A program made the translations under genes and the position numbers. Source: an uncultured Gemmatimonadaceae bacterium (GTDB lineage Bacteria; Gemmatimonadota; Gemmatimonadetes; Gemmatimonadales; Gemmatimonadaceae). From it: DNA of 64,000 nt. The notes under the pieces are model-generated. The model was given only the letters and a program-made list of their open reading frames with translations. It was not told the origin of the DNA and did not search any database. Positions 28,524-38,341 of this stretch are shown piece after piece. Location of the stretch: NCBI GenBank assembly GCA_963817955.1, contig CAWFQK010000002.1, positions 544,001-608,000 on the forward strand. The letters run 5' to 3'. Each line of letters begins with the position of its first letter. Within the stretch, counting starts at the first letter, position 1.

Positions 28524-30124
28524 ACCCGCTGAAAACCTGTCCCCAGTGCGGCACGGAATACCCGGCTAACGCGCGCTTCTGCGAAATCGATGGGACTGCC
28601 CTCCGCGCTGCGTCGGGGAGCCAGGACCTCATCGGCTCGATCGTAGCCGATCGCTACCATATCATGAAGAAGCTCGGCGAGGGCGGCATGGGGCAGGTGT
28701 ATCTCGCCGAACACGTGAAGATGGGGCGTAAGAGCGCGCTGAAGGTGATGCACCCCGGCATGAAGGCCGACGTGGACGCGATCAGCCGCTTCAATCGCGA
28801 GGCGTCGAACGCGAGCCGGATCGCCCATCCTAACGTCGCCGCGGTGTACGATTTCGGCGAGACGCCGGACGGCATCATCTACCTGGCGATGGAGTTCGTG
28901 GACGGTTCACCGCTCAAGACGGTGATCGAGCAGCAGGGCGCGCTCCCTCCCAAGCGTGCGGCGGAGATCGTGCGGCAGACCGCGGAGGCGCTGGCGGTGG
29001 CGCACGACATGGGGATTGTTCATCGCGATCTCAAGCCCGACAACATCATGCTCGCCCGCACGCGCGATGGCGGCGACCTGGTGAAGGTGGTGGACTTCGG
29101 CATCGCCAAGGCGGCAGGCAACGAGGCGCAGCAGGTGACGAAGACCGGCCTGGTCGTCGGCACGCCGGAGTACATGAGTCCCGAGCAACTGGCCGGTGAC
29201 AAGCTCGATGGTCGCAGCGACATCTATTCGCTGGGACTCGTCGCGTTCAATATGTTGACGGGCAAGCTCCCCTTCCCCGGCGAGTCGGCGCAAGAGTCGA
29301 TGATCATGCGCCTCACGGACAAGCCGAAAGCGCTGATGGACATGAAGCCCGAGGTCTCGTGGCCGGCTGACGTGCAGGCGGTCATGGACAAGGCGCTCGA
29401 GCGCGACGTCACGCTGCGTTATCAGAACGCGACGGAGTTCGGCCGCGCGCTGTGCCGGGTGGTGGATCGGATGCCGGAAACGCAGGCGATGGAGCTGGGC
29501 ACCGCAGTGATGAACGTGCCGGCAACGCACGTCAGCCCGTCCCCCAACGTGCCCGCTCACGCCACCGTTCCCATGCCGACGCCGGTGAGCACCGCCCCTG
29601 TGACACAAGCCACTGCGCCAGCGAGCAAACGCAGTATGGTTCCATGGATTGCTGGGGGCGCGACGGTAGTGATGGCGGGGATAGCGGCATTCCTGATGAT
29701 GAAACCGGCGGCGGCCGGTGAGCGACCAGGGGCAAGCGATTCGATCGCGACGATTGTCCGTGCGGCGCAGAGCGCCGCGACGCCACCAGCCGTAACTCAG
29801 AGCGGTGCATCAACGCCGGGCAAGCAGACCGCTGACGAGGCGCCGATCGACATCCACAAGACCCTCGCCAGGTTCGAGAACGTCGCGAAGACGGACGAAA
29901 CGGGAGCGAAGACGGAGGACAGCATTCTCGTACAACTCAATAAGCTTTCGTCGCAGCTGACGAAGAACGCCGACGATCAGGCCCACGCGAATTTCATCCG
30001 ATATTGGGCGTACCTCAAAAAGAATGATCGTGACAAGGCGTGCACGTCGCTCAACGCGGCGATCATCGGCGTCACCGACACGGCCACAAAGACGAAGTAT
30101 CAAGGCTACAGCGATGTGTGCTAG
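28520..30124 (+). CDS. Membrane-anchored Hanks-type Ser/Thr protein kinase
   Basis: GEGGMGQVY, ALK, HRDLKPDN, DFG, GTPEYMSPE; one TM segment. Confidence 0.95.
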   Translation: MNPLKTCPQCGTEYPANARFCEIDGTALRAASGSQDLIGSIVADRYHIMKKLGEGGMGQVYLAEHVKMGRKSALKVMHPGMKADVDAISRFNREASNASRIAHPNVAAVYDFGETPDGIIYLAMEFVDGSPLKTVIEQQGALPPKRAAEIVRQTAEALAVAHDMGIVHRDLKPDNIMLARTRDGGDLVKVVDFGIAKAAGNEAQQVTKTGLVVGTPEYMSPEQLAGDKLDGRSDIYSLGLVAFNMLTGKLPFPGESAQESMIMRLTDKPKALMDMKPEVSWPADVQAVMDKALERDVTLRYQNATEFGRALCRVVDRMPETQAMELGTAVMNVPATHVSPSPNVPAHATVPMPTPVSTAPVTQATAPASKRSMVPWIAGGATVVMAGIAAFLMMKPAAAGERPGASDSIATIVRAAQSAATPPAVTQSGASTPGKQTADEAPIDIHKTLARFENVAKTDETGAKTEDSILVQLNKLSSQLTKNADDQAHANFIRYWAYLKKNDRDKACTSLNAAIIGVTDTATKTKYQGYSDVC

Positions 30125-30187
30125 ATGCAGGTCCGTCGCTCCGCTCAGGACAACAACGTACTGCCTCCCACCAATGCATCCCCCTCG

Positions 30188-31312
30188 ATGAGCTCCACGA
30201 AGGACACGCCAGGCGGTGAGATCATCGTCCAGGTCTTTGGCCGAACCGATGTCGGTCGCACACGCGAGCACAACGAGGACGCATTCGTCGTTGCCGACCT
30301 GACGACCGGTAATGCGACGCTGCAGCCGGAGGTGCGCACACATGCCGTTGGTAGCAAGGGGACGCTGTTCATGGTCGCCGACGGCATGGGCGGCGCCGCG
30401 GCCGGCGAGGTGGCGAGCGCGATGGCCGTTGACATCGTGCTCGCGGAGCTGCGCACGTCGTGGATCGCACACCCCGAGACGGACGGCGAAACATTCGTGC
30501 GCGCCATCAAGCACGCGACCAGGATGGCGAACGAGCAGATCAACGCGTTCGCCGCGAGCCAGCCCGAGTTCCGCGGCATGGGGACGACAGCCACGATTGC
30601 CGGGTTGCTGGGCGACACGTTGTATCTCGCTCAGGTCGGCGACAGCCGCGCGTATCTCGTGCGCGATGGCGTGGCGCGCCAGATCACGAAAGACCAATCG
30701 CTGATGCAAAAGTTGATCGAGGCGGGCGAACTCACCGAGGAAGAAGCCGAGCACAGCGAGCGGCGGAACATCATTCTGCAGGCGTTGGGACCGGAACCCA
30801 CGGTCAAAGTGGATCTCACGCACCAGACCGTCCGTCGCAACGATCAGCTCGTGTTGTGCAGCGACGGCCTGTCGGGTCAGGTGACGAAGGAAGACATCGC
30901 GCAGGTGGTGACGGAGGAATCGGATCTCACCGCCGCGTGCAAGCGCCTGATCGACATTGCGAACGCCAACGGCGGTCCCGACAACATCACCGTGGTCGTT
31001 GCGCGCTTCGACGGCGCAGGACTGGAGGCCAGGACGTCGAAGGACGACGTGCGGTATCGTGTCTTTCCGCTGCCGGACACGGGGCAGACGCCGGCGTTCG
31101 CGCTCGATCGCACGACGCGTCCCCTGCAGCTCGACGAGGCGGGTGAGGTGCAGGCGGCGGAGCCAGGCGTCATCGTTTCGCCGGAGCGCCGCAGCACCGG
31201 ACGCGTCATCTCCATCGGGCTGCTGGTGCTCCTCGTGGCCGCCGCGGCGTGGTTCGTCATGACGCGCGTGATCGGCGCACACGGAATCAGCCAGGGCCTC
31301 ACCAAACTCTGA
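30188..31312 (+). CDS. PP2C-family Ser/Thr phosphatase with C-terminal TM
   Basis: TDVGRTREHNED, VADGMGG, GDSRAY, LCSDGL, GGPDNIT; alternative start 30125. Confidence 0.95.
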   Translation: MSSTKDTPGGEIIVQVFGRTDVGRTREHNEDAFVVADLTTGNATLQPEVRTHAVGSKGTLFMVADGMGGAAAGEVASAMAVDIVLAELRTSWIAHPETDGETFVRAIKHATRMANEQINAFAASQPEFRGMGTTATIAGLLGDTLYLAQVGDSRAYLVRDGVARQITKDQSLMQKLIEAGELTEEEAEHSERRNIILQALGPEPTVKVDLTHQTVRRNDQLVLCSDGLSGQVTKEDIAQVVTEESDLTAACKRLIDIANANGGPDNITVVVARFDGAGLEARTSKDDVRYRVFPLPDTGQTPAFALDRTTRPLQLDEAGEVQAAEPGVIVSPERRSTGRVISIGLLVLLVAAAAWFVMTRVIGAHGISQGLTKL

Positions 31313-32688
31313 TGTCCATCGAGCTGCGCATTCTCAGCGGCGCGCGCGCTGGGCAGCGCGAGCTGTTCGAGAAGTCGGTCATCGCCGTCGGTCGTCATCC
31401 GATGAGCGATCTCCGGTTCGATGCGACCGGCGACCTTGATGTGTCGACCGTACACGGCGAGGTCCGCGGCGTCGGCGGCCGCTACGCCGTACAAGACCTG
31501 CAGAGCACCAATGGTACGTTCGTGAACGGCGAACGCGTGCCGCCGGGTGGAACGCGCGATTTGCGTGACGGCGACGTCATCGGCTTCGGCGCGCATGGTC
31601 CAACGGTATTGGTGCGCATCGGCGGGCGACGCGAAACACCGATCGGCGAAAAGGTCACGCAGGCCATGGAGACGCCCGCGTTCGGAGGCACCGCAATTTC
31701 CCCCGCCGGATCGCCGCGGCGACTACCGACCAGCGAGCGCGTGGCGATCGCCGTGCGTGAACAGACGCGCGGGCTCAAGATGATCATCGCCAGCGCGGTG
31801 ATCGTGATGGGCGGATTCGCGGCAACGGTATTCTGGATGGACCGGCGCGACGCCTCGGCGCGCGCCGCGGACATTCAGGCATTGGTCGCGGCAAACGGAC
31901 AGGCGTCCAAGGAATTTCAGGTGCGGTTGGCGGGCATGGCCGACACGAGCCTCACGAACGCGCTCCGCCGCACCAACGACAGTCTGCTCCGCACCGCCCA
32001 GACGCGCGGCGCCGATGCGCTGGCGGCACAACAGGCGCTGACGAAGAACGATCGGCTGATGAGCACCGCGGCAGATTGGGTTCCGGCCATGCGCGACGCC
32101 AACGACGACGCCATCGTGCTCATTGCTGCAGAACGAGATAGCGTGTACGAAGGCACCGGGTTCAGCGTGAATGCGGCGGGACTGATCGTCACGAATCGCC
32201 ACGTGGTGAGCGACGGCGCGCGACGCGCGACGCGCATTTTCGTGAAGTTCGCGAACACCTCGCAGTGGCGCCGCGCGCATGTGGTGCAGATCGCCAGTGG
32301 TGCGGACGACGACCTGGCGCTCATTCAGATGGACGAAGCCGGAAGGTATCCTGCGGTGCATGGCATCGCGGACACCGTCGACGAAGCGGTCGGCGCTACG
32401 ATCGCGAGCCTCGGATTCCCGTTCGGCACCGAGATCCCCATGGAAGGCGCGGGCAATGACGAAATCGCGAAGACTTCATTGACGGTGGGATCGGTGAGCA
32501 AGACGGTGACTGGTCTCCTCCAGATCGATTCTTTCGCGTCGCGCGGCTCGAGCGGCAGTCCAGTGTTCGACGCACACGGTCATGTGATCGGCGCGGTCTG
32601 GGGCGGACCGAAGGGCGCGGAGGGACGCATCGTCTTCGCCGTGCCGGCGGACCGCATCTCGGAGCTGGTCAAGAGCGCCGCGCAGTGA
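31312..32688 (+). CDS. FHA domain + TM + trypsin-like serine protease
   Basis: VGR...STVH...STNGTFVNG; TM; TNRHVV, DLALI, GSSGSPV catalytic triad motifs. Confidence 0.9.
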   Translation: MSIELRILSGARAGQRELFEKSVIAVGRHPMSDLRFDATGDLDVSTVHGEVRGVGGRYAVQDLQSTNGTFVNGERVPPGGTRDLRDGDVIGFGAHGPTVLVRIGGRRETPIGEKVTQAMETPAFGGTAISPAGSPRRLPTSERVAIAVREQTRGLKMIIASAVIVMGGFAATVFWMDRRDASARAADIQALVAANGQASKEFQVRLAGMADTSLTNALRRTNDSLLRTAQTRGADALAAQQALTKNDRLMSTAADWVPAMRDANDDAIVLIAAERDSVYEGTGFSVNAAGLIVTNRHVVSDGARRATRIFVKFANTSQWRRAHVVQIASGADDDLALIQMDEAGRYPAVHGIADTVDEAVGATIASLGFPFGTEIPMEGAGNDEIAKTSLTVGSVSKTVTGLLQIDSFASRGSSGSPVFDAHGHVIGAVWGGPKGAEGRIVFAVPADRISELVKSAAQ

Positions 32689-33569
32689 ATCCTTTCGAGA
32701 CGCTGCGCGCGCGGGGGCTGTTGGTGCAGTGTCTTGTCGGCGGCGTCATCGCCATCGCGCTCGGCGCGCTTGCGTTCGGCCAAACCAGCATGCGTAGCAA
32801 CCAGGGCGTCGCGTTCGCGCTCTTCTATTTCGGCATGGGGCTCGTGCTGCTGGTCCGCGTCGAGAACGCAGGTCTGGATACGTCGCGCCTGTTCGGCGCC
32901 GCGCCGGGGCTGCAGACGTTGCGCCTGGCGACCGTCGCGCTGCCGCTTGCCATACTCTCGATCGCCGGCTTCTGGCTGCTCTTTCTGCCGCTCTCGTTCG
33001 CCGCACCCGAGTTCGTGCGACACTGGGCGCTGGAGAGCCAGCAGCAGCAGCCGATGACGAACATGTCGCAATGGCTGTCGATGACGTTCGTCGCCGTCGT
33101 CGCCGCGCCGCTGGTGGAAGAGGTACTGTTTCGTGGTCTGCTGCTGCAGCGCTGGTCGCTCAAATGGGGAACGCCAACGGCCGTGGTAGCCACCTCGGCG
33201 CTCTTCGCCGTGGGACATGTCGAGCTGCTCGGCCACTTTCTGTTCGGCGTCGTGATGTGTGCGCTGTATCTACGCACCAAGAGCCTGTGGGTGCCGATCG
33301 TGACGCACGCATCGAACAACCTCCTGGCATCGTTGTCCATGCTACCATCGGCAATCACCCATAAACCGGACACCGAACGCATGACCCTCGCAGGGTTTCG
33401 CTCGCAGTGGTGGGCGGGATTAGCGATGCTCGCAGTGGGAGCGGTGCTGTTGGAGTCGTACCGGAGGAGCCAGTGGAAAGGGGTGGATTTACGGAAGCTG
33501 TTTCGAGGGCCGACACCGTACCTCGAAGCTGAGGCGAGCCCAAGCGATCGGGACGGCGCCGTTCGATAG
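32685..33569 (+). CDS. CPBP (Abi/CAAX) intramembrane metalloprotease
   Basis: EEVLFRG, FAVGH, HASNN. Confidence 0.9.
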   Translation: MNPFETLRARGLLVQCLVGGVIAIALGALAFGQTSMRSNQGVAFALFYFGMGLVLLVRVENAGLDTSRLFGAAPGLQTLRLATVALPLAILSIAGFWLLFLPLSFAAPEFVRHWALESQQQQPMTNMSQWLSMTFVAVVAAPLVEEVLFRGLLLQRWSLKWGTPTAVVATSALFAVGHVELLGHFLFGVVMCALYLRTKSLWVPIVTHASNNLLASLSMLPSAITHKPDTERMTLAGFRSQWWAGLAMLAVGAVLLESYRRSQWKGVDLRKLFRGPTPYLEAEASPSDRDGAVR

Positions 33570-33588
33570 CCCAACCCCGTGTCGCCGA

Positions 33589-34713
33589 TTACGCTGGCGT
33601 GAGTTTGCCCAACACGCGAGGTCCGCGCGCTCCGGTTGCTCTCGGAACGTTTCCAGCCTGGGCCGTCACGTGCAGGTGTGCCAGCAACGCGAACGCGACC
33701 GCCTCTTTTGCCTCGCCGTCGAAGAACCGCTCGGCAAAGCTGCGCACCGGTGCCTGGACCGACGCCTGCAGCATGTGAACGAGCGCCGGGTTCTTTGCGC
33801 CGCCGCCGGAGACGAGCACTTCGGTGATGGGCTCCGGGAGAAAGCGGCGATACGCATCGGCAATGCTGCGCGCGGTGAGCGACGTGGCCGTGGCAATGAT
33901 GTCCTCGGCGGTACACTCGGGCCGCAGGGCACGGCAGCGATCGACGAGGCGCGCAAGATACGCTGCGTCGAACAACTCGCGTCCGGTGGACTTGGGCGGA
34001 TCGGCCGCGAAGTAGGGGTGCGCGAGCATCTCATCGACGACGCCCTCGATCACCTGCCCGTCCCTGGCCCACCGCCCGTCGCGATCATACGATGCACCAG
34101 GAATGAGCATTCTCACAACGCCGTCCAGCACCGCCACGCCAGGTCCGGTGTCGAACGCACGCACGCCGTCGAGCCGGCCGCCGGGGGGAACAACGGTGAC
34201 GTTGCCGATACCGCCGATGTTCTGCAACGCGCGCCAGTGGTCGCCGGCAAAGAGCAGGGCGTCGGCGACCGGCACGAGCGGCGCGCCCTGACCCCCGGCC
34301 GCGACATCACGCACGCGGAAGTCGCTCACGACGTCGATGCCGGTGCGCTCGGCAATCACGGCCGCCTCGCCAAGCTGCCACGTGGAATGTGGCGGCTCGT
34401 GCCAGATCGTCTGACCGTGCGAGCCAATGGCGCGGACGTCGCCGCGCGGAACGCCCGCTTCGGCCAGCACCGCGACGGCCGCGTCGGCCAGCCAGCCGCC
34501 GACGTCGAAGGCGAGACGACAATATTCCTGAGCGGTGCCGGAGACCAAGGCACCACCCAACCGATCACGTTGTGCGGCGGTGTACGTGGTGCCGGCGAAC
34601 GCGAGCAACTCGGTGTCGAGGCGGCCATCGTCGTCGTGCGGCGTGAAGCGCACGGCGGCGGCAGAGATGCCATCGAGCGACGTGCCCGACATCAAACCGA
34701 GATAGATGCTCAC
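33589..34713 (-). CDS. anmK: Anhydro-N-acetylmuramic acid kinase
   Basis: GLMSGTSLDG, GSHGQT, GGQGAPLVP, NIGGIGN, FDTGPG, PKSTGRE. Confidence 0.96.
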   Translation of the reverse strand: MSIYLGLMSGTSLDGISAAAVRFTPHDDDGRLDTELLAFAGTTYTAAQRDRLGGALVSGTAQEYCRLAFDVGGWLADAAVAVLAEAGVPRGDVRAIGSHGQTIWHEPPHSTWQLGEAAVIAERTGIDVVSDFRVRDVAAGGQGAPLVPVADALLFAGDHWRALQNIGGIGNVTVVPPGGRLDGVRAFDTGPGVAVLDGVVRMLIPGASYDRDGRWARDGQVIEGVVDEMLAHPYFAADPPKSTGRELFDAAYLARLVDRCRALRPECTAEDIIATATSLTARSIADAYRRFLPEPITEVLVSGGGAKNPALVHMLQASVQAPVRSFAERFFDGEAKEAVAFALLAHLHVTAQAGNVPRATGARGPRVLGKLTPA

Positions 34714-35633
34714 TCGTACCGAACCGGCGGCGGCGCACGGTTGACGACGCGGCGAATCACGCCGCCCGCGTCTTCGAGCTCGCGCTCGGCCTCGGCACGT
34801 GTCGCCTGCTGGAAAGACATGACGATGGCCGTCTTCACCACGCCGCCGCTCTGCTCCAGCAGCTCGCGAGCTCGTGAGCGATCGACCTCGCACACTTCCA
34901 TGATGATTCTCTCACTGCGGTCGCGCAGCTTGTCGTTGGAGGCGCGCAGATCCACCATGAGATTGCCGAACGTCTTCCCGAGCCGGATCATGGCGCCCGT
35001 CGTGATCATATTGAGGACGAGCTTGGTCGCGGTGCCGGCCTTCATGCGAGTCGAGCCGGTCACGACTTCCGGTCCGGTGAGCGGCAGGATGAGGATGTCG
35101 ACGACGGCAAGGGTTTCGGGGGGCGGCGGCGAGCAGGCCACGAGCCCGGTGGCGGCGCCGACGCTCCGCGCATAGGCGAGCGCGTGGCGCACGTACGGGG
35201 TCGTGCCCGACGCAGCAATGCCGATCACGAAGTCGCCGGCACGCACGCCGTGCGCCGTCAGATCCTCCGCGGCGCCCTCGAGTCGGTCTTCGGCGCCTTC
35301 CTGCGACTGGGTGAGCGCCTTGAATCCGCCGGCGATGATCCCCTGCACCATCTCGGGATCGGTGCCATAGGTGGGGGGACACTCGGACGCATCGAGCACG
35401 CCGAGCCGACCGGAAGTGCCGGCGCCGACATAGAAGAGCCGGCCGCCCGCGCGAAAGGTGGACTCGGCTTGCTCAATGGCGCGAGCGATCGGTTCCCGTT
35501 GCGACGCCACGGCGTCGGGAACGGAATGATCCTCGGCGTTTATGAGATCAACGATCTCGAGTGGTGCCGCGAGATCGATGTCGGCGGTACGCGGGTTCCG
35601 GCGTTCGGTCAGCCGGGAATCAATGAAGGTCAT
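34710..35633 (-). CDS. murQ: N-acetylmuramic acid 6-phosphate etherase
   Basis: TERRNP, GAGTSGRLG, DASECPPT, GPEVVTGSTRMKAGTA. Confidence 0.96.
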   Translation of the reverse strand: MTFIDSRLTERRNPRTADIDLAAPLEIVDLINAEDHSVPDAVASQREPIARAIEQAESTFRAGGRLFYVGAGTSGRLGVLDASECPPTYGTDPEMVQGIIAGGFKALTQSQEGAEDRLEGAAEDLTAHGVRAGDFVIGIAASGTTPYVRHALAYARSVGAATGLVACSPPPPETLAVVDILILPLTGPEVVTGSTRMKAGTATKLVLNMITTGAMIRLGKTFGNLMVDLRASNDKLRDRSERIIMEVCEVDRSRARELLEQSGGVVKTAIVMSFQQATRAEAERELEDAGGVIRRVVNRAPPPVRYE

Positions 35634-35688
35634 GTCGCTGGCTAACTTACGCGGGATCTGGCACAGCCCGCAACAATGGTGAGGTTGT

Positions 35689-36348
35689 ATGCGCCGTGGG
35701 ACCTTGTGCTCGATTGGACTGCTCGTCGCCATCGCGGGCGCCGCAGGCGCGCAGATGGGCCGCATGCCTCGCGGATACTCCTCGGGTCCGGATTATTGGG
35801 TGGGGTTGTCCTACGGCTACCTGGACGGCGTCACGCTGGAGAACCCGAACAGCACGTGGCAGTTCGGCTATTCGTCCCAGATCCGCGCGACCTTCGAGAA
35901 GACCGTGCAGCGCGGCGTCGGGATTGGCATAGCCGCAGGATTTGCCACCGCACCGCTCACGTACAGCAACTATCTGCCGGGTGCTTTCAACTCGGCCTGC
36001 CCGGGCGTCTGCCAGGCCAATGGCGACATTACCCAGGCAATGGCGTTCGTACATTCCGGTGGCGGTGTCGGGTTTCACGGCATGTACAATCTGGAGGCGG
36101 GCGTGACGGAGTTCTCCAACTTCCGTGAACAGTTCACTGGCGAAACGATCCAGACGGACTCACCGAACGGAACATATGACTTTACCTTCGGGCTCGGAGG
36201 CGGAGTTGGTTACGGCGTGTCGCCTCTGGCCGACATCTACGTCGGCGAGCAGATCGACTTCCTGCTGCACTCCGCGCCGCCAGGCGTGAACGCCCCGACG
36301 GCGCCGCGGTTCACGACGTTCAGGATTGGGTTTCGCTACGGCTTTTAG
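35689..36348 (+). CDS. Probable outer-membrane beta-barrel protein
   Basis: Signal peptide, amphipathic strands, C-terminal IGFRYGF. Confidence 0.65.
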   Translation: MRRGTLCSIGLLVAIAGAAGAQMGRMPRGYSSGPDYWVGLSYGYLDGVTLENPNSTWQFGYSSQIRATFEKTVQRGVGIGIAAGFATAPLTYSNYLPGAFNSACPGVCQANGDITQAMAFVHSGGGVGFHGMYNLEAGVTEFSNFREQFTGETIQTDSPNGTYDFTFGLGGGVGYGVSPLADIYVGEQIDFLLHSAPPGVNAPTAPRFTTFRIGFRYGF

Positions 36349-36388
36349 TCCCGTGTCCCGCGTCCCATGTCTCGTGTCCCATGTCTCA
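36348..36388. repeat. Degenerate heptamer array (GTCYCRY)x~6
   Basis: gtcccgt gtcccgc gtcccat gtctcgt gtcccat gtctca fills the gap before ggt. Confidence 0.8.
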
Positions 36389-38167
36389 ATGAAATTCCTG
36401 CTGCTCTTCGCGGCGTTGCTCACCGCCTGTCACCAGCCGCAGCCCTCCGTCCGGCCTGGTGCAACGGACATCGGATTTCCCGCGTCGAGCGCGAGGGGAG
36501 TTGCGACGTACAATGGGGATCGTCGTGCACCCTCGTTCCCCGACGGGTGGCCATATAAGGCCGGACGCGCTGCGGTGTTCGGACAGCACGCGATGATCGC
36601 GGCCGACGCGCCGTTGGCGGGTGAGGCCGGCCTGGAGATTCTCAAGCGGGGCGGAAATGCAGTCGATGCGGCAGTGGCCGTGGGCTTTGCCATGGCCGTT
36701 GTCTATCCCGAGGCCGGAAACATTGGCGGCGGTGGCTACATGGTCATTCGCATGGCGGACGGACGCACCGCCGCGCTCGACTATCGCGAGATCGCCCCGC
36801 TCGCCGCCACGCGGAACATGTTTCTCGATAGTCAGGGCAACCTGACGGACAAGAGCGTCGTGGGACCGCTAGCGAGCGGCGTACCTGGCGCAGTCGCGGG
36901 ACTCACCGCAGCGTTGGCGAGGTACGGCACGATGTCCCTCCGCGACGTGATGACGCCCGCCATTCGTTATGCCGAGCAAGGCATTGTCGTGGACAGCGCG
37001 CTGGCCCGATCGTTCTCGAGCAACGCCAGGCTGATCGCGGAGTTCAACGGAGCGTCGCTCTTTCTGCCCGGGGGCAAGCCGCTCGGTGTCGGTTCGCGCC
37101 TGGTGCAGCCTGAGCTGGCGCTGACGCTACGGCGCATCGCCGAACAGGGGGCCGCCGGCTTCTACCGGGGCGAGACCGCGGGCCTGATCGCTGGCGAGAT
37201 GAAGCGCGACGGCGGCATCATCACCGAACAGGACCTCACGCGCTATCAACCCATCTGGCGTGACGCGGTGACGTCCACCTACCGAGGCTATACGCTGCTC
37301 ACCATGCCGCCGTCGTCCTCGGGCGGCGTGACGGTGACGGAGACGCTGAACATTCTCGAGGGATTCCGTTCGATGCCGGCGTTCGGCAGCACGGAGTACG
37401 CCCACTTGCTCGGCTCGGCATATCAGCGTGCGTTCATCGATCGCAACGAGAAACTCGCCGATCCGGCGTTCATCTCGGTACCGCTGCAGCAACTGACGAG
37501 TAAGTCATATGCAGCCACGCTGCGGGCGACGATCGGCCACACGCGGGCGACACCGACGCCAGCCGTGGCAAAGGCGATGCGCGAAGGCGTGCAGACGACG
37601 CACTACTCCGTCGCGGACGCCCAAGGCAACGCCGTCGCGACGACGACGACGCTGAATGCGCTCTACGGATCGGGCGTGTACGTACAGGGCGGCGGATTTT
37701 TCTTGAATGACGAGATGGACGACTTCGCCGCCGCACCGGGCAAGCCGAACATGTTCGGCTTGGTGCAAGGTGAGGCAAACGCGATCCAGCCGGGCAAGCG
37801 AATGCTGAGCGCCATGTCACCGACGATCGTCCTCGATCGTGACGGATCGCTGCTGCTCGTTGTCGGCAGCCGTGGCGGCCCGCGCATCATCACCAGCACG
37901 TCGCAGGTGATCCTCAACGTGCTCGATCAACAGATGATCCTATCCGACGCCGTGAGCGCGCCACGTGTCCACCATCAGGCGTTGCCCGATTCACTGCAGT
38001 TCGAGCGCGGTGGATTGCGGCCGGCGGTCGTCGACTCGCTACGCGCGATGGGCTATGGCGTGGAAGCGATCGGGGGCGTGGGACTCATCAACGCGGTGAT
38101 GCGGGTGCGCGGAGGATACGAGGGGATGTCCGATCCAAGGTCGTCTGGGCGACCGGTTGGGTACTGA
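36389..38167 (+). CDS. ggt: Gamma-glutamyltransferase, lipoprotein
   Basis: Lipobox LTAC; GGNAVDAAVA, DYREIAP, TTHYSV nucleophile, NDEMDDF, PGKRMLSAM. Confidence 0.96.
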   Translation: MKFLLLFAALLTACHQPQPSVRPGATDIGFPASSARGVATYNGDRRAPSFPDGWPYKAGRAAVFGQHAMIAADAPLAGEAGLEILKRGGNAVDAAVAVGFAMAVVYPEAGNIGGGGYMVIRMADGRTAALDYREIAPLAATRNMFLDSQGNLTDKSVVGPLASGVPGAVAGLTAALARYGTMSLRDVMTPAIRYAEQGIVVDSALARSFSSNARLIAEFNGASLFLPGGKPLGVGSRLVQPELALTLRRIAEQGAAGFYRGETAGLIAGEMKRDGGIITEQDLTRYQPIWRDAVTSTYRGYTLLTMPPSSSGGVTVTETLNILEGFRSMPAFGSTEYAHLLGSAYQRAFIDRNEKLADPAFISVPLQQLTSKSYAATLRATIGHTRATPTPAVAKAMREGVQTTHYSVADAQGNAVATTTTLNALYGSGVYVQGGGFFLNDEMDDFAAAPGKPNMFGLVQGEANAIQPGKRMLSAMSPTIVLDRDGSLLLVVGSRGGPRIITSTSQVILNVLDQQMILSDAVSAPRVHHQALPDSLQFERGGLRPAVVDSLRAMGYGVEAIGGVGLINAVMRVRGGYEGMSDPRSSGRPVGY

Positions 38168-38178
38168 TTGCCTCACAC

Positions 38179-38341
38179 AGGTCAGTTGAGACGGAGTCGG
38201 ATTGGACTCCGTGTTCTGACCGGCGGGATGTCGCTGGCTGCTCCGTAGCGGTCGGCCCACCGGTCGGCGAGTTTCGAGTTTCCAGTTCTGAGTTGTGCGT
38301 TGCGAGTTTCTCGTGTCTCGTGTCTCGTGTCCCGTGTCCCG
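38179..38341. repeat. Composite dispersed repeat, copy A (hairpin + 46-bp core + heptamer arrays)
   Basis: Core 38226-38271 is identical to 48792-48837; flanks are also similar. Confidence 0.9.
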
